A DNA stretch of 63,951 bases, counting the filler, from Licmophora abbreviata (taxonomy: Eukaryota), in NCBI GenBank assembly GCA_900291995.1. It is 15 parts of 15 records of this genome, joined end to end, with 100 filler letters (N's around TTAATTAATTAA, not from the genome) between each part and the next. Parts side by side here need not be neighbours in the genome. Positions count along the whole stretch, not along the records: positions 1 to 25,366 come from OLMU01002146.1; 14 more parts are not named here. One strand, 5' to 3'. Shown piece by piece: positions 1 to 12,500 of this stretch. Each line of letters begins with the position of its first letter. Position 1 is the first letter of the stretch. Below the pieces are notes generated by a model. That model did not search any database, was not told the origin of the DNA, and saw only the letters and a list, made by a program, of their open reading frames with translations. Position numbers and translations under genes: made by a program.

Positions 1-374
1 TGACGTCCTGCATGGAAAGAAATTGTACCTCTGAATTTGGCCGCTGCTCACAATTTTTCCGGGCGCTCCCGTAACACGGGAACAAACTGACCTTCACTTG
101 AAAGTCTGAAAGCCACTGCGATCTTGGCGCTCTTCCCGTTCCTCTTTGTCCTACACTACCTGACACTCTTCACTCTAGACTTTGCACTGATGCATTCAGG
201 AGGCTCGTGGACTAGGAAAGAAAGCTGATTCGTTCGAAACAGCCGCTCCTGTACACCATCACCTTATTACTTCGGAGTCGCCACGAACGAGACGAGTGCT
301 GAAAAGTCCCACGCTAACCAGCTGCTTGCTCCTCCACTCTGGAAGCTATTTATTTCAAGTACAGCCGACTCATC

Positions 375-2129
375 ATGGACCCTTCCGAAAAGAAACGCAA
401 GAGCTATGAATCGTCGCAGCTCCCCTCGGACGACGAGGATCAAGAGGAGGCACCCACGCTGGAGGAAATCACACACGAGGAAAATGAGGAGCGGCTCCGG
501 ATCGAAGCGGAGATACGCAAGATTCAGGAGGAGACACGCAAGGAAAGGGAGAAGCGACTCGGGTTTGAGGAGAGGATACGCAAGACCAAGGAGGAGGCAC
601 GCAAGGAAAGGGAGGACCTGGTGCGCAATTCATTGGGAGGGTTCTTCCATACCATGTCAAAAGTGGATGATAACTCTAACAGTCCTTCTCTCACCATCAC
701 GGGCGACGAAGTCGCAGATAAGGATATCGTTGCTGCTCCGAAAGAGGTTATTCTTCCAGATTGGTACGATTATCCCGACATCCACTTTCAAGGTGACATA
801 CAGACTGAGGAAGACATTACGCACCAAGTGACCATGCTCCTTCTTGCAGTCATAGAAGCTTTGGGGTTGAAAGATATGCTCTATGTTACCCGGAACCGGT
901 TTGGTATGGATATGGCACCAGATTTGCTCGTTGTGCACAAAACAAATCATCTTCCGATTGGCACAGTAGAAGTGAAAAAGCCTGGCTGTGATGAAATTGA
1001 ACATGAAAGAATCTTTGGTTCTAAGCCATCTCAGGTGAACGGGCAACTCTTTGAGCAATTGAGTCTGCTAAGCCTCAACGGGCCGAAAGAACCGATTGGA
1101 ATTATTACCACTTGGAATACGTGGCAGTTGTTGTCTCTCACGAAACCTTTTCCATCTCCACATGAAGTCGGTGGGATGGTCGAGCCTGCAAACGCATCAG
1201 AATCGGAGGGCGCGCATGAGTCACCCAACGTCGACACCGATAGACAGAATGTCCTCTCCACGCCAGTGGCTCGAATGAACCGTGAATCAGAGGGAGGCTC
1301 TTCGACAGCGTCAGAACTTCAAGAGATATCCGGGATCTCACCACGGTTGGTGTATGCAACTGCGCCTGTCGAAGCTGGCATGCAAGTAAAGCAGCTAATC
1401 GCAGCAGCGTTATTGTCGATGGTGCGGTCCTCGCTGGACCGACAAAGTATCTTGGTAGCGCCCTTCACTGCACAAGCGCGGCGAATCCGATTTTCCTCCT
1501 ATTCTCCTGATGTCAATGAATCAAATCGACTCTCGTATTGCACTCATTCGCTTCCTGGTGGGATCCAGTTTGACAAGTGTCCTGATTCCGAAACGCAGGA
1601 ATTCTTCATATGGTCACCTCTTGGGTACGGATCTGAGCGCAGCTACCGATGGCTTGCCACCGACAAGGACGGCAGGGCTTGTTCGATCAAATTCTTTCGC
1701 CCTCATGATACTGTGGACTGGGCAGAGGTACAAGCTGCGACTTGGCACGCAGTCCACGGGCCTGAATTTCCACTCTGTCGCAACGAGAAGTTTCGCATCG
1801 GCCACACTTTGTACCGGTGCCTTCTGACGCCCTATATCTATGATGTTCCCATCAACGAGCGGCAGGCCTTATTGGATAATGGTGAGGTGGAGAAGGCACT
1901 CAGGAAGATTTCCAAGAAGGGATTTCGGTTCGACCATGAGTTGCAGTGGTCTTGGGTCGGAATGTTTGTATCAGGCGATGGGAGTGTTCGTGAAGTCACT
2001 CTTAGAGACCTGGGCTGCTTTAGTCGTGTCGACGCTAGATCAGCGGAGGAGTGGGCCGATGAGACATTGAAGGAATTGAAGAAACGCGTGGATGAGAAAG
2101 CGACGGACTTCCCGCACGTTATCGTGTAA
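375..2129 (+). CDS. Crinkler-effector-like protein: acidic/coiled-coil N-terminus, PD-(D/E)xK restriction-endonuclease-like domain, degenerate protein-kinase-like C-terminal domain
   Basis: 584-aa ORF. It has PDLLVV...VEVKKP followed by the helix GQLFEQL. The C-terminus has a Gly-loop-like LGYGSE, a SIKFF lysine, an HELQW catalytic-loop remnant and LRDLG (DFG-like). Confidence 0.6.
   Translation: MDPSEKKRKSYESSQLPSDDEDQEEAPTLEEITHEENEERLRIEAEIRKIQEETRKEREKRLGFEERIRKTKEEARKEREDLVRNSLGGFFHTMSKVDDNSNSPSLTITGDEVADKDIVAAPKEVILPDWYDYPDIHFQGDIQTEEDITHQVTMLLLAVIEALGLKDMLYVTRNRFGMDMAPDLLVVHKTNHLPIGTVEVKKPGCDEIEHERIFGSKPSQVNGQLFEQLSLLSLNGPKEPIGIITTWNTWQLLSLTKPFPSPHEVGGMVEPANASESEGAHESPNVDTDRQNVLSTPVARMNRESEGGSSTASELQEISGISPRLVYATAPVEAGMQVKQLIAAALLSMVRSSLDRQSILVAPFTAQARRIRFSSYSPDVNESNRLSYCTHSLPGGIQFDKCPDSETQEFFIWSPLGYGSERSYRWLATDKDGRACSIKFFRPHDTVDWAEVQAATWHAVHGPEFPLCRNEKFRIGHTLYRCLLTPYIYDVPINERQALLDNGEVEKALRKISKKGFRFDHELQWSWVGMFVSGDGSVREVTLRDLGCFSRVDARSAEEWADETLKELKKRVDEKATDFPHVIV
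510..617 (+). repeat. Imperfect 63-bp tandem repeat encoding a charged coiled coil
   Basis: gatacgcaaga..aggaggag.cacgcaaggaaagggag occurs twice, encoding EIRKIQEETRKEREK and RIRKTKEEARKERED. Confidence 0.7.
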
Positions 2130-2520
2130 AAACACAAGCCCCGCACGAGCAGACGACTTGAGCTATGCCAGTCAAGGTACTTTTCAAAACGCTGCCGAGT
2201 TTATGGCAAGCAGTATGAGCATCGTAGAAAAGTGTATGTAACTGTTCCATTCGTCATGACATGTAGCATTGTTGCACGTACCTGGTAACATGGTAGCCTC
2301 ATCGTAGTCTAGTCAAGCTAGCTCGTCTGGAAGGCGGAATTAGGCGGTAGCTGATGGTATGTACGTCTATCCTGAAACTTGCCGCCAACACGTACGAGTA
2401 CTCGCGTCTCGCTGGGATTGAGAATCAAAATCTGAAATCCACACAACGACCCGCGACAGCTTGAAGATGACGCTCACATCGATCAGCGATTGACTAGCAC
2501 CACAATTCTAAAAGAAGAAG

Positions 2521-3177
2521 ATGTTTATCAGGACAGCGACTCTACTCCTGATAGCCCTGCTTGCTTGTATGATGGTGGCGAGATCACCAGTCGAGGCTTT
2601 TTCGTCGGCAGCACGAGAGCCACGACATGCACCGATGTCGGATTTTGCGCTGAGATCGTCGTCCCAACGACAAGTCACCCATGAGAAAACGCGACGAACC
2701 GCATTGGTAGAATCTGCTACGCTTCTTTTGACCGGTAGTTCTGTATTCCACTCACAGCCTGCTGTGGCTGCCTACGGTGAATCGTCAAACCTGGAACTTC
2801 CGAGCTACATTGACTATCTTATCGAGAAGAACGCGTCAGTCGACCACGATGACTTCCTATACAAGGGGGCCGACGTTGCGGTCCAGCTCAAGAGGATCTC
2901 TGAAGCAGCGGAAAGGCTGAGAGAAATCCCGGATATTGCGACCGCAAGGAAGTGGAGTCAGGTGCAAGGCACGCTAACAGGGCCGCTGGGAACTTTGATC
3001 GCGACGATGAACCAAGTTAGCAAGGACTCTCCCCAAGCAAAAAAGGCCGCCGTCCTTGTGAAGAATGATCTGTATGCCGTAGGTGGGGCCGCGGCCAAGA
3101 AGAACGAGGCTGGCTGCATTCAGGCAGCTCAGAATGCGTCTCGAGACTTGGAGGCATTTGTGAAACTTGTGTTTTGA
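2521..3177 (+). CDS. Plastid thylakoid-lumen protein, PsbQ-like four-helix bundle
   Basis: Signal peptide ends in VEA-F (ASAFAP-type). It is followed by a transit peptide, a twin-Arg RRTALV and an AVAA cleavage site. The C-terminal helices include KWSQVQGTLTGPLGTL. Confidence 0.6.
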   Translation: MFIRTATLLLIALLACMMVARSPVEAFSSAAREPRHAPMSDFALRSSSQRQVTHEKTRRTALVESATLLLTGSSVFHSQPAVAAYGESSNLELPSYIDYLIEKNASVDHDDFLYKGADVAVQLKRISEAAERLREIPDIATARKWSQVQGTLTGPLGTLIATMNQVSKDSPQAKKAAVLVKNDLYAVGGAAAKKNEAGCIQAAQNASRDLEAFVKLVF

Positions 3178-3426
3178 GAGGACCCGAACTCTCTAGCCGC
3201 GCGGTGGGCTAGACGATCACATGCAGTATAATAGCTCTACCAGGACACGACTGCTACCAGAAATCTCGACTTAAATCAACGGTATTGACTTTAACTATAC
3301 ATCAGTCCTATTGTGAATGAAACAATTGAGCCTTTGATGCCTTCTTCGCTCGTGTCTTCGTCTATCGCTAGACAGAAGGTAACAAGCCAACTCCGTCCGC
3401 TAGATCGCGGAATTCCAGGGTGACGA

Positions 3427-4950
3427 TCACCGCAGAGGTTCAACATGAAGCGATTGCTTGTGACCCATAGTCGTGGCACAATGCGTCTGATTGCATTCGG
3501 AAAACTGTTCCACAGCAAATCCTTCTTTTTCGTATGATTCCAGAATCGCGTCTAAGTTCTCGTGTTCGGCCGGTACATATGCTCGAACGAATCTGCCCAA
3601 GGACTGGACAAAATAGGATTCGTACTCATGGCGAACTACCTCACGGGACATGAGCTGTTTCACAAATGCGGTCCCCGCTTTTGCAATAGTCTCCGCCTCC
3701 TCTGGGTGCGCCTCGGCCCACATGTACTTAGCTTTCAAGTCGGAGAGGTCCGTACGAACTGGAACGAAGTGAACCCATGGCTTCATTCGAGGATAGAACC
3801 AATCCTGTGAAGGTGTTTCGTGATGCAGCAAGAGACCAGGAAACGAAAGTTTGTCCAATGTTCCTGCCCAAGTCGTGCCACCAGCACCACCCAAGTCCAC
3901 CTGATATCGGTAGCGCGACATCTCTTGCGAACTCATGCGTGCAAGACGTATAGCATAGCGACAGTCGATCCACAGCCGCGACGGGTCTGTTCCAGTTAGT
4001 TTCATTCGTTCAGCTTGTCTCGACAGATCAACACATTGTTGTCTTGGAGTTGGAGGAAGTGTAATCCCTGTCGCTTTCGTTATACTCCACTCGCTGGTGT
4101 TGCCTTGCTGCTTCCAATCCCAAAATTGTAAAAACGGAAATGCTGAGCCACGCCAGATCACGGTCGGGTAGAGGTCGGACCAAGTCAGATTCGAAGCATA
4201 GAGGCTACTTTCGCAGCTTGATATGCTGCCGGTACGACGCCAGTCCCAAAGACATTGCATACGCGCATCATTCGGAAACTGCTCGAGTCCTGGAACTGTA
4301 GGAACTACGCACTCGTTTCGAAAGACAGAGCCAGCGTTGATCCAAGGTGCCATCTCGTTTGCATGAGTACAATTTCCAAACGTACAATGGCTGTACGAAA
4401 CATCGGCAGTGGTATATAAGAGCTGAAATGGCAGGTTTCCCGTAGAAAATCGATCTGGAAAGTGGCTCCGCAACGCGTCGGCAAGCAGTGGGATGAATAA
4501 TTCGCTTCGCTTTCCGCTGATAGTGTCGGGCGCCATTGCGTCTTGTGCGAGGGTGTAGGCGCGGAACGAGGCACCGTCGGTATCGTCGCCTGTGAAGACA
4601 AGAATACGAGGTGCATGGTAGAACAAGGACGACGCCGCTTTGACAATACTCGATGTGGTATAATAGGAAGTTGTCCCGGGGGAAGATTCGTTCTTGACGG
4701 GCTTGGGTGTCGTATCGTCGTTCGTTGAAAGAGCAGTCTGCTGAAGATCATTCACAGTCTTCTGTTCCTCGACTACTCCTAGCGAATTTCCAGTCGACAC
4801 TTTTTCAAGCGCTTTTGCAAGTGAATGCTCCGCTGTGCGAGAATAGGTCGGAACGAGCGCCCATGGCAACGCAAGGGCCAAGGCCACAGCCATGGAGAAG
4901 AGGGCGCACCGAAATCGTCCTCCCATTGCGCTCGGTTGACACGTTCTCAT
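3427..4950 (-). CDS. CAP10/KDELC-like glycosyltransferase family 90
   Basis: N-terminal TM anchor. Motifs YRYQVDLGGAGGTTW, LLHHET..DWFY..MKPWVHFVPV..DLSDL and WAEAHPEEAETIA. Confidence 0.85.
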   Translation of the reverse strand: MRTCQPSAMGGRFRCALFSMAVALALALPWALVPTYSRTAEHSLAKALEKVSTGNSLGVVEEQKTVNDLQQTALSTNDDTTPKPVKNESSPGTTSYYTTSSIVKAASSLFYHAPRILVFTGDDTDGASFRAYTLAQDAMAPDTISGKRSELFIPLLADALRSHFPDRFSTGNLPFQLLYTTADVSYSHCTFGNCTHANEMAPWINAGSVFRNECVVPTVPGLEQFPNDARMQCLWDWRRTGSISSCESSLYASNLTWSDLYPTVIWRGSAFPFLQFWDWKQQGNTSEWSITKATGITLPPTPRQQCVDLSRQAERMKLTGTDPSRLWIDCRYAIRLARMSSQEMSRYRYQVDLGGAGGTTWAGTLDKLSFPGLLLHHETPSQDWFYPRMKPWVHFVPVRTDLSDLKAKYMWAEAHPEEAETIAKAGTAFVKQLMSREVVRHEYESYFVQSLGRFVRAYVPAEHENLDAILESYEKEGFAVEQFSECNQTHCATTMGHKQSLHVEPLR

Positions 4951-5394
4951 CCCCTCCGAGAAACATTATTCAAAAGACACATGATGAGCGGACCTGGTAG
5001 GAAAACCGATTGCGAACGGAGCGGACAGGCCATCGTCGTATCCCATCATGGATCATGGTCGTCGCTCAATGTTTTTTTCATTTTTTTATTTTTTTCCGTC
5101 TCAGCGCAGATTGAGTCAAATGAGTCGACTATGGGACGAAGAGACTTCGACGACTGGACTAACCCGGAAATTTCGCCTCGTAGACTACTTACTCGTAGCA
5201 CCTCATACTAGATACGATACATTGTATCAAAACTTCTCACGACAATGGCAGAGGACAAAGTGTTAAAGGACGCAAGACGCAAGTTGAAAGTCCAATTCAG
5301 TATCCGACGGCGCCTGTTCCTGCTTGTTGTATCTCCAATTTCCATTGAAACTCTGGTCTCGGGCGAACAGATTCGATTCGCCTAGACACCCAGC

Positions 5395-6402
5395 ATGCAG
5401 TTCTCTTTCCAAATCCAGCGTGGCGCGACTCTGATTCTACTCTTGTTTTTCCTCTTGACGAAGCCTACTTCGGCAGACTCATCTTTTGCGCCCTCGAGTC
5501 CTGTTGTTGGCATTCTGACACAGCCACGAACCAGCACCCTTACCAACGAGACGGAGTACTACATTGCCGCCTCGTATGTCAAGTGGATAGAGCTTGCAGG
5601 TGCCCGGGCCATACCGATTCCGTACGACGCGCCCGAAGAGCTAGTGGACCACCTGTTTGCACAAATCAACGGGTTACTTTTCCCTGGAGGTGGTAGCGAT
5701 GTTCCGCTTGCGGCACGTCGTCTGTGGGCACTGGCTAATCAGGACACTGCGGACTACTTTCCCATTTGGGGGACGTGTTTGGGATTCGAGTATCTTGTAC
5801 AGTTGGCATCAGCTCAGGGTTCCAATGTTCTACAGTCGGGCTTTGATGCTGAAAACATGAGTTTGCCACTTCACTTGAACAGTGATGCTGACTCGGTGTT
5901 GTACCGTGACGCTCATATCCGTTCCATCGTGCTCTCCCAAAACGTAACTATGAACAACCATCGCATGGGGGTCGAACCAAGTCGGTTCATGCTTGACTCG
6001 CAATTGTCTAGTATGTTCGTAGTGACATCGACCAATGTGGATCGTCAGGGCAGGCCGTTTGTCAGTACCGTGGAGCCCCGAGATCCGGACACGCATCCAT
6101 TCTACGGAGTACAATATCATCCAGAAAAGAATGCTTTCGAGTTTGGTACAGTCAACGGACGGCCGAGTCAGGCAGTAGAAGCTATCAACCATTCCGACGA
6201 TGCTATAAGTTTTACGGAACATTTGGCTAGGTTTTTTGGGCGTCTTGTGCGACGGAATCTGAAACAGGTCAACCCAGTCCATGCGTACACAGATTCGGAG
6301 CGTTTCCCACTTGTGCACGAGTATGAAATGAAAACTGGCGTCAAATTTGAACAAGTCTATCTAGTTCCATCGCCAGTTGCGGGAAGCGCAATTCGCGTAT
6401 GA
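5395..6402 (+). CDS. GGH: Gamma-glutamyl hydrolase (peptidase C26), secretory pathway
   Basis: Signal peptide. Motifs PVVGILTQP, YIAASYVKW, NGLLFPGG, catalytic GTCLGF and QYHPEK. Confidence 0.92.
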   Translation: MQFSFQIQRGATLILLLFFLLTKPTSADSSFAPSSPVVGILTQPRTSTLTNETEYYIAASYVKWIELAGARAIPIPYDAPEELVDHLFAQINGLLFPGGGSDVPLAARRLWALANQDTADYFPIWGTCLGFEYLVQLASAQGSNVLQSGFDAENMSLPLHLNSDADSVLYRDAHIRSIVLSQNVTMNNHRMGVEPSRFMLDSQLSSMFVVTSTNVDRQGRPFVSTVEPRDPDTHPFYGVQYHPEKNAFEFGTVNGRPSQAVEAINHSDDAISFTEHLARFFGRLVRRNLKQVNPVHAYTDSERFPLVHEYEMKTGVKFEQVYLVPSPVAGSAIRV

Positions 6403-6594
6403 ATCTACTATCGCCCACGACGAGTCGAAGTGTCAATTCGCTGCGTGGGGCGTTGTCTGCAGTATCATGAACTTGTCCCTACGTAAGTGGCCTCGTATGC
6501 TTGTTGACGCAGCCGTCGTATAAAACATATTCCCATTGTTATTAGCATTCATCTATTTCCTTTAGCCCTCTAAAGTTTCCCTGTTGATCGCGAC

Positions 6595-9500
6595 TCAGCG
6601 ATCCTCCTCGAGTTGCCGGACTTGTTCGCTGGAAAGGACGGAGGCCACCTGTTCGATCCTCGCCGGAATACCATCTCCAAGCAAGTGAAAAAGTTTCTTG
6701 ACTCGCTGTGGAGCATCCTTACTGGCGGGGTATAAGTCAGCCTCCTCGCTATCCGAGACTAGCCGCGAAAAGACTCGCTTTCGCTCTGAAGGAGTATGAA
6801 GATGAGGACAAAGCGTCGTGAACAGACGCACCGTACTTTCAAAGTTGAGCGGTCCAAGTTTATACGGTCGCTCTGTCACGCCACCGATGGACGGGATTCC
6901 GAGCGATGCGAGGCTAGTCAACAGCACTCGCACGTTCTTGTGCGTCTCCTGGAATAAATGGATTAGAAACACAACAAAATCATGCATGTCATCCGACCTT
7001 TCAAACAGTTCGACCCGATCAAAAACAATCAGTGCACCGCCGTGCTTTAGATATCGCCATATACCGTCAAACACAGCATTCATATCAAGATCGACCGGAG
7101 GTGGAGGCAACTTCTTGTCCTGGGTCATCTTCTGCAAAAGCTGTCGGACAACGGCATTGCAGCGATCTCCATTGACTCCCTGAGAAACCCTGACAAAGTA
7201 GATGCGCTCAATCTGCGTCATCGTGTTTTTTCGCTCGTTGATGTAGTGACACAACGCCCGACTAGTGCTAGAACGCCCCACTCCTTGTTCTCCCACAACG
7301 CTCACGAGACGATTCTCGAGAACAGCGCCAAGGATGTGAAACATATCAACTTCGCGGCCAGTAAAACACTGCGGCGGGGTAGGCGACGGGTTTTCCTGGA
7401 TCATGTTGCGTACAGACAATTCTTTAGTCCTCGTACCTCCCAGATAGTTGCTCCGGGACCGAGACAAACCCCCACGCCGCAGTGCGGTCCGTTTTCCAGA
7501 ACGCGAGCTGGATCTTCGCGGCCAATCCGAAATGGGCCTTGCGTCAAACACCGGCACATCGTGATTTCCGTCTCTTGGCAACAGAACGAATTTCTTCATT
7601 TCGTCGTCCGCGTTCCTGATGTTCGGCGTGGCACGAACAGCCTTACAACCCTGATCGAACGAGTCTCTCACTGTATGTCCGACTGCAAGGGCTAAGTAAA
7701 ATTGCCTCGTGAACGCAAGAGCAGCGGCATCTTTCAGCTCTGATTCCTGTTGACAGCACACAACGTGTGGCACTCCTGCGCTGGCAAACGTCTCCCCCGC
7801 AAGTCCAGAATAGCAAGTAGAGACGAATACAAACTTGAAAGGCGCGCCACCACCTTTGGTGATAAGTTCCTTCAGAATGTCGACCTCTAGCCAGTGAGGT
7901 CCTCCTTTTCCGTTTTCCAGAGGAAGGAAAGATTGATGGCCGTGGCCGGAAAAGTGAAGACAGCTGCAACGCTTCGCCACTGTAGCCTGCAGGCGATGGA
8001 TTACCGCGTTGTCGAAGGAAAGGTCGATATCGCGAGACGCTTCTTTCAAGCACTGCCACAAAATCTCACGCTCCATTTCGAAATCAAGTTTGGCAAACGG
8101 TCGCAACCGCTTGTGCTCATCCGCATAAACAAGAGGCGCTGAGAACAACACGGTGATCGTATTTTCGCCAGTGCCGCCGGACGGCGCGCGCTTCATCCCA
8201 TTTGATTCAATCGACAGGTCACCAAGCGAATCGTCCACCAAAACTCGTTGGTCATTCGGAGAACTCGCCACCGCCGGGACAAAGGATTGACGGACAGCGA
8301 AACTCTCGTCATCTTCGGCCTCCAACAATGAGTCGCGTCCATGTTTCGTCTCACCCTGATCTCTCAGATACCTTTCTAGCAGATTCATCCGGCAGCGCGA
8401 GCCAAACCTGACGAGCATCTCCAGCTGTTCCTTGCTTAGAGGAGGAGAGTTGTTCTCCAGACGCAGGAACCCCAAGCTCGAATCGGATTCAGACCGACAG
8501 AGTCGTTGCAGCAGTCCATGTGTGAAGTCTGCGTCGAAGCAATTTTTTGAAAGATCAAGGTGTCTGATGCGAGTGTTCTTGACGAGGGCTCCTCCCAATA
8601 CCTCTGCGACCTGGTATCCATTGTTCGCAAGACTATTTTCCGATAGGTCAAGGGAGATAACACTCAGCGCATTATTTTTCAATAAGGCAAAAATCTCCAG
8701 AGCCAGTGTGCCTTCATGAAGCTTGTTTGCGGAAAGGCTTAGTGTATGTAGAGCAGACTTCCAGCTCTTCTCAGACATCCTAACTCCGGCCGTTTGGTTG
8801 AAGCGGAACTTCTCGACGTAATTTCGAAGAACTCTGGCGACTTGCTTCCCTTCCCTGATTGAGTTCCTGGACAAATCGAGTTGTTCTAAACAACACCTCG
8901 AGTAACGGTCGTGGACGAGATGGAGAACAAACCCACATTGGTCGTCATCCAGGTTGTTGCCGCTGAGGTCAAGGACACGAAGTGATGCTAGCGGCGGGGT
9001 TCGCATTGCCGTATTGGTTTTTGGTGGGCGTCCGAGCAGCCGAAAGAAAGATGCCCAAGTAGCCGGGTCGAGGTACGGAGAATTTCGAAGCGCAAAGAAC
9101 CAGAACGAGCCTTGCTTCGATACAGTTTCATTGCTCGTTGCCCGATCAAAGTCACGGGGTTCCTGATGGCTAGCAACTACCTGGCCTTCAGACAGCTTAT
9201 CGACAGTTTCCAGTATTGCAGCGAGCGACTCTACCGCACGATTGTTGAGTACATTGTCGTAGGTCAAGCATGAAACACCTGGAGGGAGGGAGCCCGCAAT
9301 ATTTGCCAGTAGCCCAGCGCCCTCATCACCGTCGAAGCTCGACCTTGTCGCGTTGCAATCGTCAGAGTCTGACGTTCTTGTGAAGGACAATCCTCGCACC
9401 ATCGGACAGCGATAGAGAGCTGTCACAAGCGTATCCGAAAATTCCCCAGCAAAAGTGCTGTTTATGAAGCCCACTGTCCAGTGAATGGCACTAGTTCCAG

Positions 9501-12500
9501 CACTCTCCATATTTTTGTAGCAGAGCCGACGAAGCAGCTGTCCTTCACGCTGAAACGAAAAATACCGTCGCTGGGGCATCGCTAAGGCACGGAAGTTGAA
9601 AGATGCGTCAGGTCGAAGATTGCAAACGGGCAAAATATCGTTCTGTAGGGCCCTGGACGGAATATAAGGATCCAGAACTCGGCGGAGACGACCGATCGTC
9701 AAGCCTGCTGCTTCGTTTGCTGGTACGCTACCCGTCCCCAAGTCTTCAAGATAGCAACGGTGGGATAAAATCCAATCCTTTTCGCAGTCGGGGGTGTTCA
9801 AAGGGAAGGAACGTCCGGAAAGAAGCGAGGAACCGACGCTGTCACGAAAAAGGGCTGCCGAGCTTTCGGAGGATCTGGAAGTGGAGGTATGGATGTCATC
9901 ATGTCCATAAATGTTGAAGTATTGTTCCAGTATCGATCTCCGTGTGTGAGCGGTCTCGGAATCGTCCGATAAAAGTTCGAACAGCTCTCTGCCTATCGTC
10001 GGCCTCTCTTCTTCTTGATTGTTTAGCTCGGAATGGCCAGTCGTTTGCTCACCAGCAGGCGAAAAGATAATCCCCCTTGCCCGCGCTTTTTTCAGTGGCT
10101 CAGTCCACAAGGCTTCGAGGGTCATTCTGATTTCATCACGAGCCATACTCTGGATCATGAGAGATCTGTTAAGATAAAACCAGTCAGCCAGAAGGTTTGG
10201 GTCGTTCCCGGCAACCTGAACTGCCACTTCGTCTTCCGTAAAACCCAATGAAGCGACCACCTGACCTGCAGCATCAGACATTTCCGAGCTCTTCTCGCGG
10301 CTGAGTCTCGTCTGCAAGAGGTCAGGCAGCGAGGAGTCAATGATCCGAACTTGCAACGGCTCGCAAGTAGCGAGCGCTCCTATTCCACGCAGAGCATCAA
10401 TCCCAAGTGCAAGCGTGATTCCCTCGTTGTCAGACGACGCTGTGACGCAGTCCTTCCATATTTTGGTAAGGGCGACCAACACTGGACGCGCCCAGGCAGA
10501 GTATCCCTCGCTGGCGACAAGGTCTGAAAGGAGAAGTTGTGAAAGTGACGCAAGACAGTTGCATGATTCCGCTACAAGATCAACAGCACGAAGAGACCGA
10601 TTCTCCTCAGATTGTATCCGTTGGTTTGTCAGCGGGACCTGTGATAGGGAAAGGAGGCGTTGGAGGCCACCGCTGTGTACTATTTGAACGCAGCACCTCT
10701 CTAGAATAGAACGAGGGTCCTCAAGTCCCAATCGATAATCTTGAATAACGTCGGATGGATCAACGTCCAGTAGATTGGAAAGCGAGCAAAGAACTCGATA
10801 CGTCTCAGACTGGTCGCAATCAACAGAAATCGACTGTGTATCACCCTTCAGAACTGCCCCTAGAGCTCTTCCCGCACCTGAACTACACAATCGCAGCCTT
10901 GTGTTGCGCGACGGTTGGACATCTTCACTTAGCACTAGAAGTGCATCAATCGCCATACTCCGCAATTTGCTCTCGTCCGCGCAAGCCATCCTTACGATTG
11001 GATCGATAGCCCCCCCTTCGACAATGTCACTGCAGATTGGACAGAGTCGGAGTCAGCTTTTGGTCACGTGACGCATCTTGACTTTTGAGTTCAGCAAGAG
11101 ATCACTTACCTAATGACAGCGTTACCTGCATTCGGCAGCGAAGAATCAATGCCGTTGATGTTACAAATACTAGCACGGGCCATCGCTCCAGAGAGAAGCT
11201 GCAGTAGCGCACTACCAGCGACAAAGACAATCTGTTGGGACAGTGGGTCTGAATGATCAAGCATTACCAGCGGGATGAGATAGTTGATGCAGTTCGCTTC
11301 TACCACCGCAGCACGGGTCTGCGGGGCTCCGCATAAGCTCGAAAGAATTTCGGTTACGGCGAGTCGAACGTCTTGTCCAACAGACTCGGACACAGAAATC
11401 GCAGCCATTTCAGTAAGCGCCCCTTCGTTTACAATTTGGGAATGAATCCACCCCGCCATGTATTTGTCGCTGGTCGATGTGAAATTGCGCATTGACGTTG
11501 CAGCGCAACGAATCTGATCCCGGTCGTCCGCCTTTAGCCAACCTACAAGAACCTTCAGAAGGCCTTCTCGGATAGCGATGGGGCGGGCTGCGCCGACCGC
11601 ACACATTTGCTCGATAAGCGTGTAACATATGCCCGGGTTCGTCGACTCCGAATCAAGACGTGCCGCACCAACAACAAGTGACACTGTCCCTTCCAGAAGG
11701 GCCTGTGTTTCAATTTTCATCTCAATCTCGTCTGCCTGGTCGCCAGAGGAAGTGATGCGCAGTGCAGGACGGTATCTCCGAGTGGACTGACTGCGCGAAG
11801 AAAGATGCTCTACTCTGGACGCGGCCCCAGGATCCAGCCCAGGCGTCTCCTGGTTTATTAACGGGAAGAGCACGTAGTTCCACAGCGTCATTGTACCGGC
11901 CAATGCGGCGTCGTTCATTTCTTCTTTTGTCAATTCTTTTCCTCTTCGAGAAAATGGAGCATCCATGATAATCAGGAACCGTAAGCACTCGATTATCTTT
12001 AGGCTGATGTTTGACGAGAGAAGCGACGACGACTGGACTGCCGACGGCAGCAGGTAGGAGATAGCTATCGCAGCGACTACCTGTAGTTCGTGGTCGACCC
12101 CTTTTGCCCGAAATACAGTAAGCAAAGAGTGCATGCCTCCAGAAGACTGGATCTCATCCCTCAATCTCAATGCGTCGGGGTCGCTTTCTCTTTCTGCTTT
12201 CTGGACAAACCTGTTGGAGCGAGTCAAACCAATCCATTAGCAAGCTAACGACAATACCTTGGACAGCAATAGCCATCGTTGATCCTCACCTCATCAGTGC
12301 CCACGCCGAATCCAATCGCCTGACATTCTGGGATCTTAGCATGCATATAAGGCTGAATACGTCCTTTTTGCCAACCAGTGCTTTCACCTCGAAGCTTGTG
12401 GTCGCTGGGGGTGTGACTTTTTCTCTGCTGTCGTTCGATTGCGCTTGAGTATCGCGGATGGTACCATGGCTAATAGGTTGACGATGAGGAGGCCTACCCA

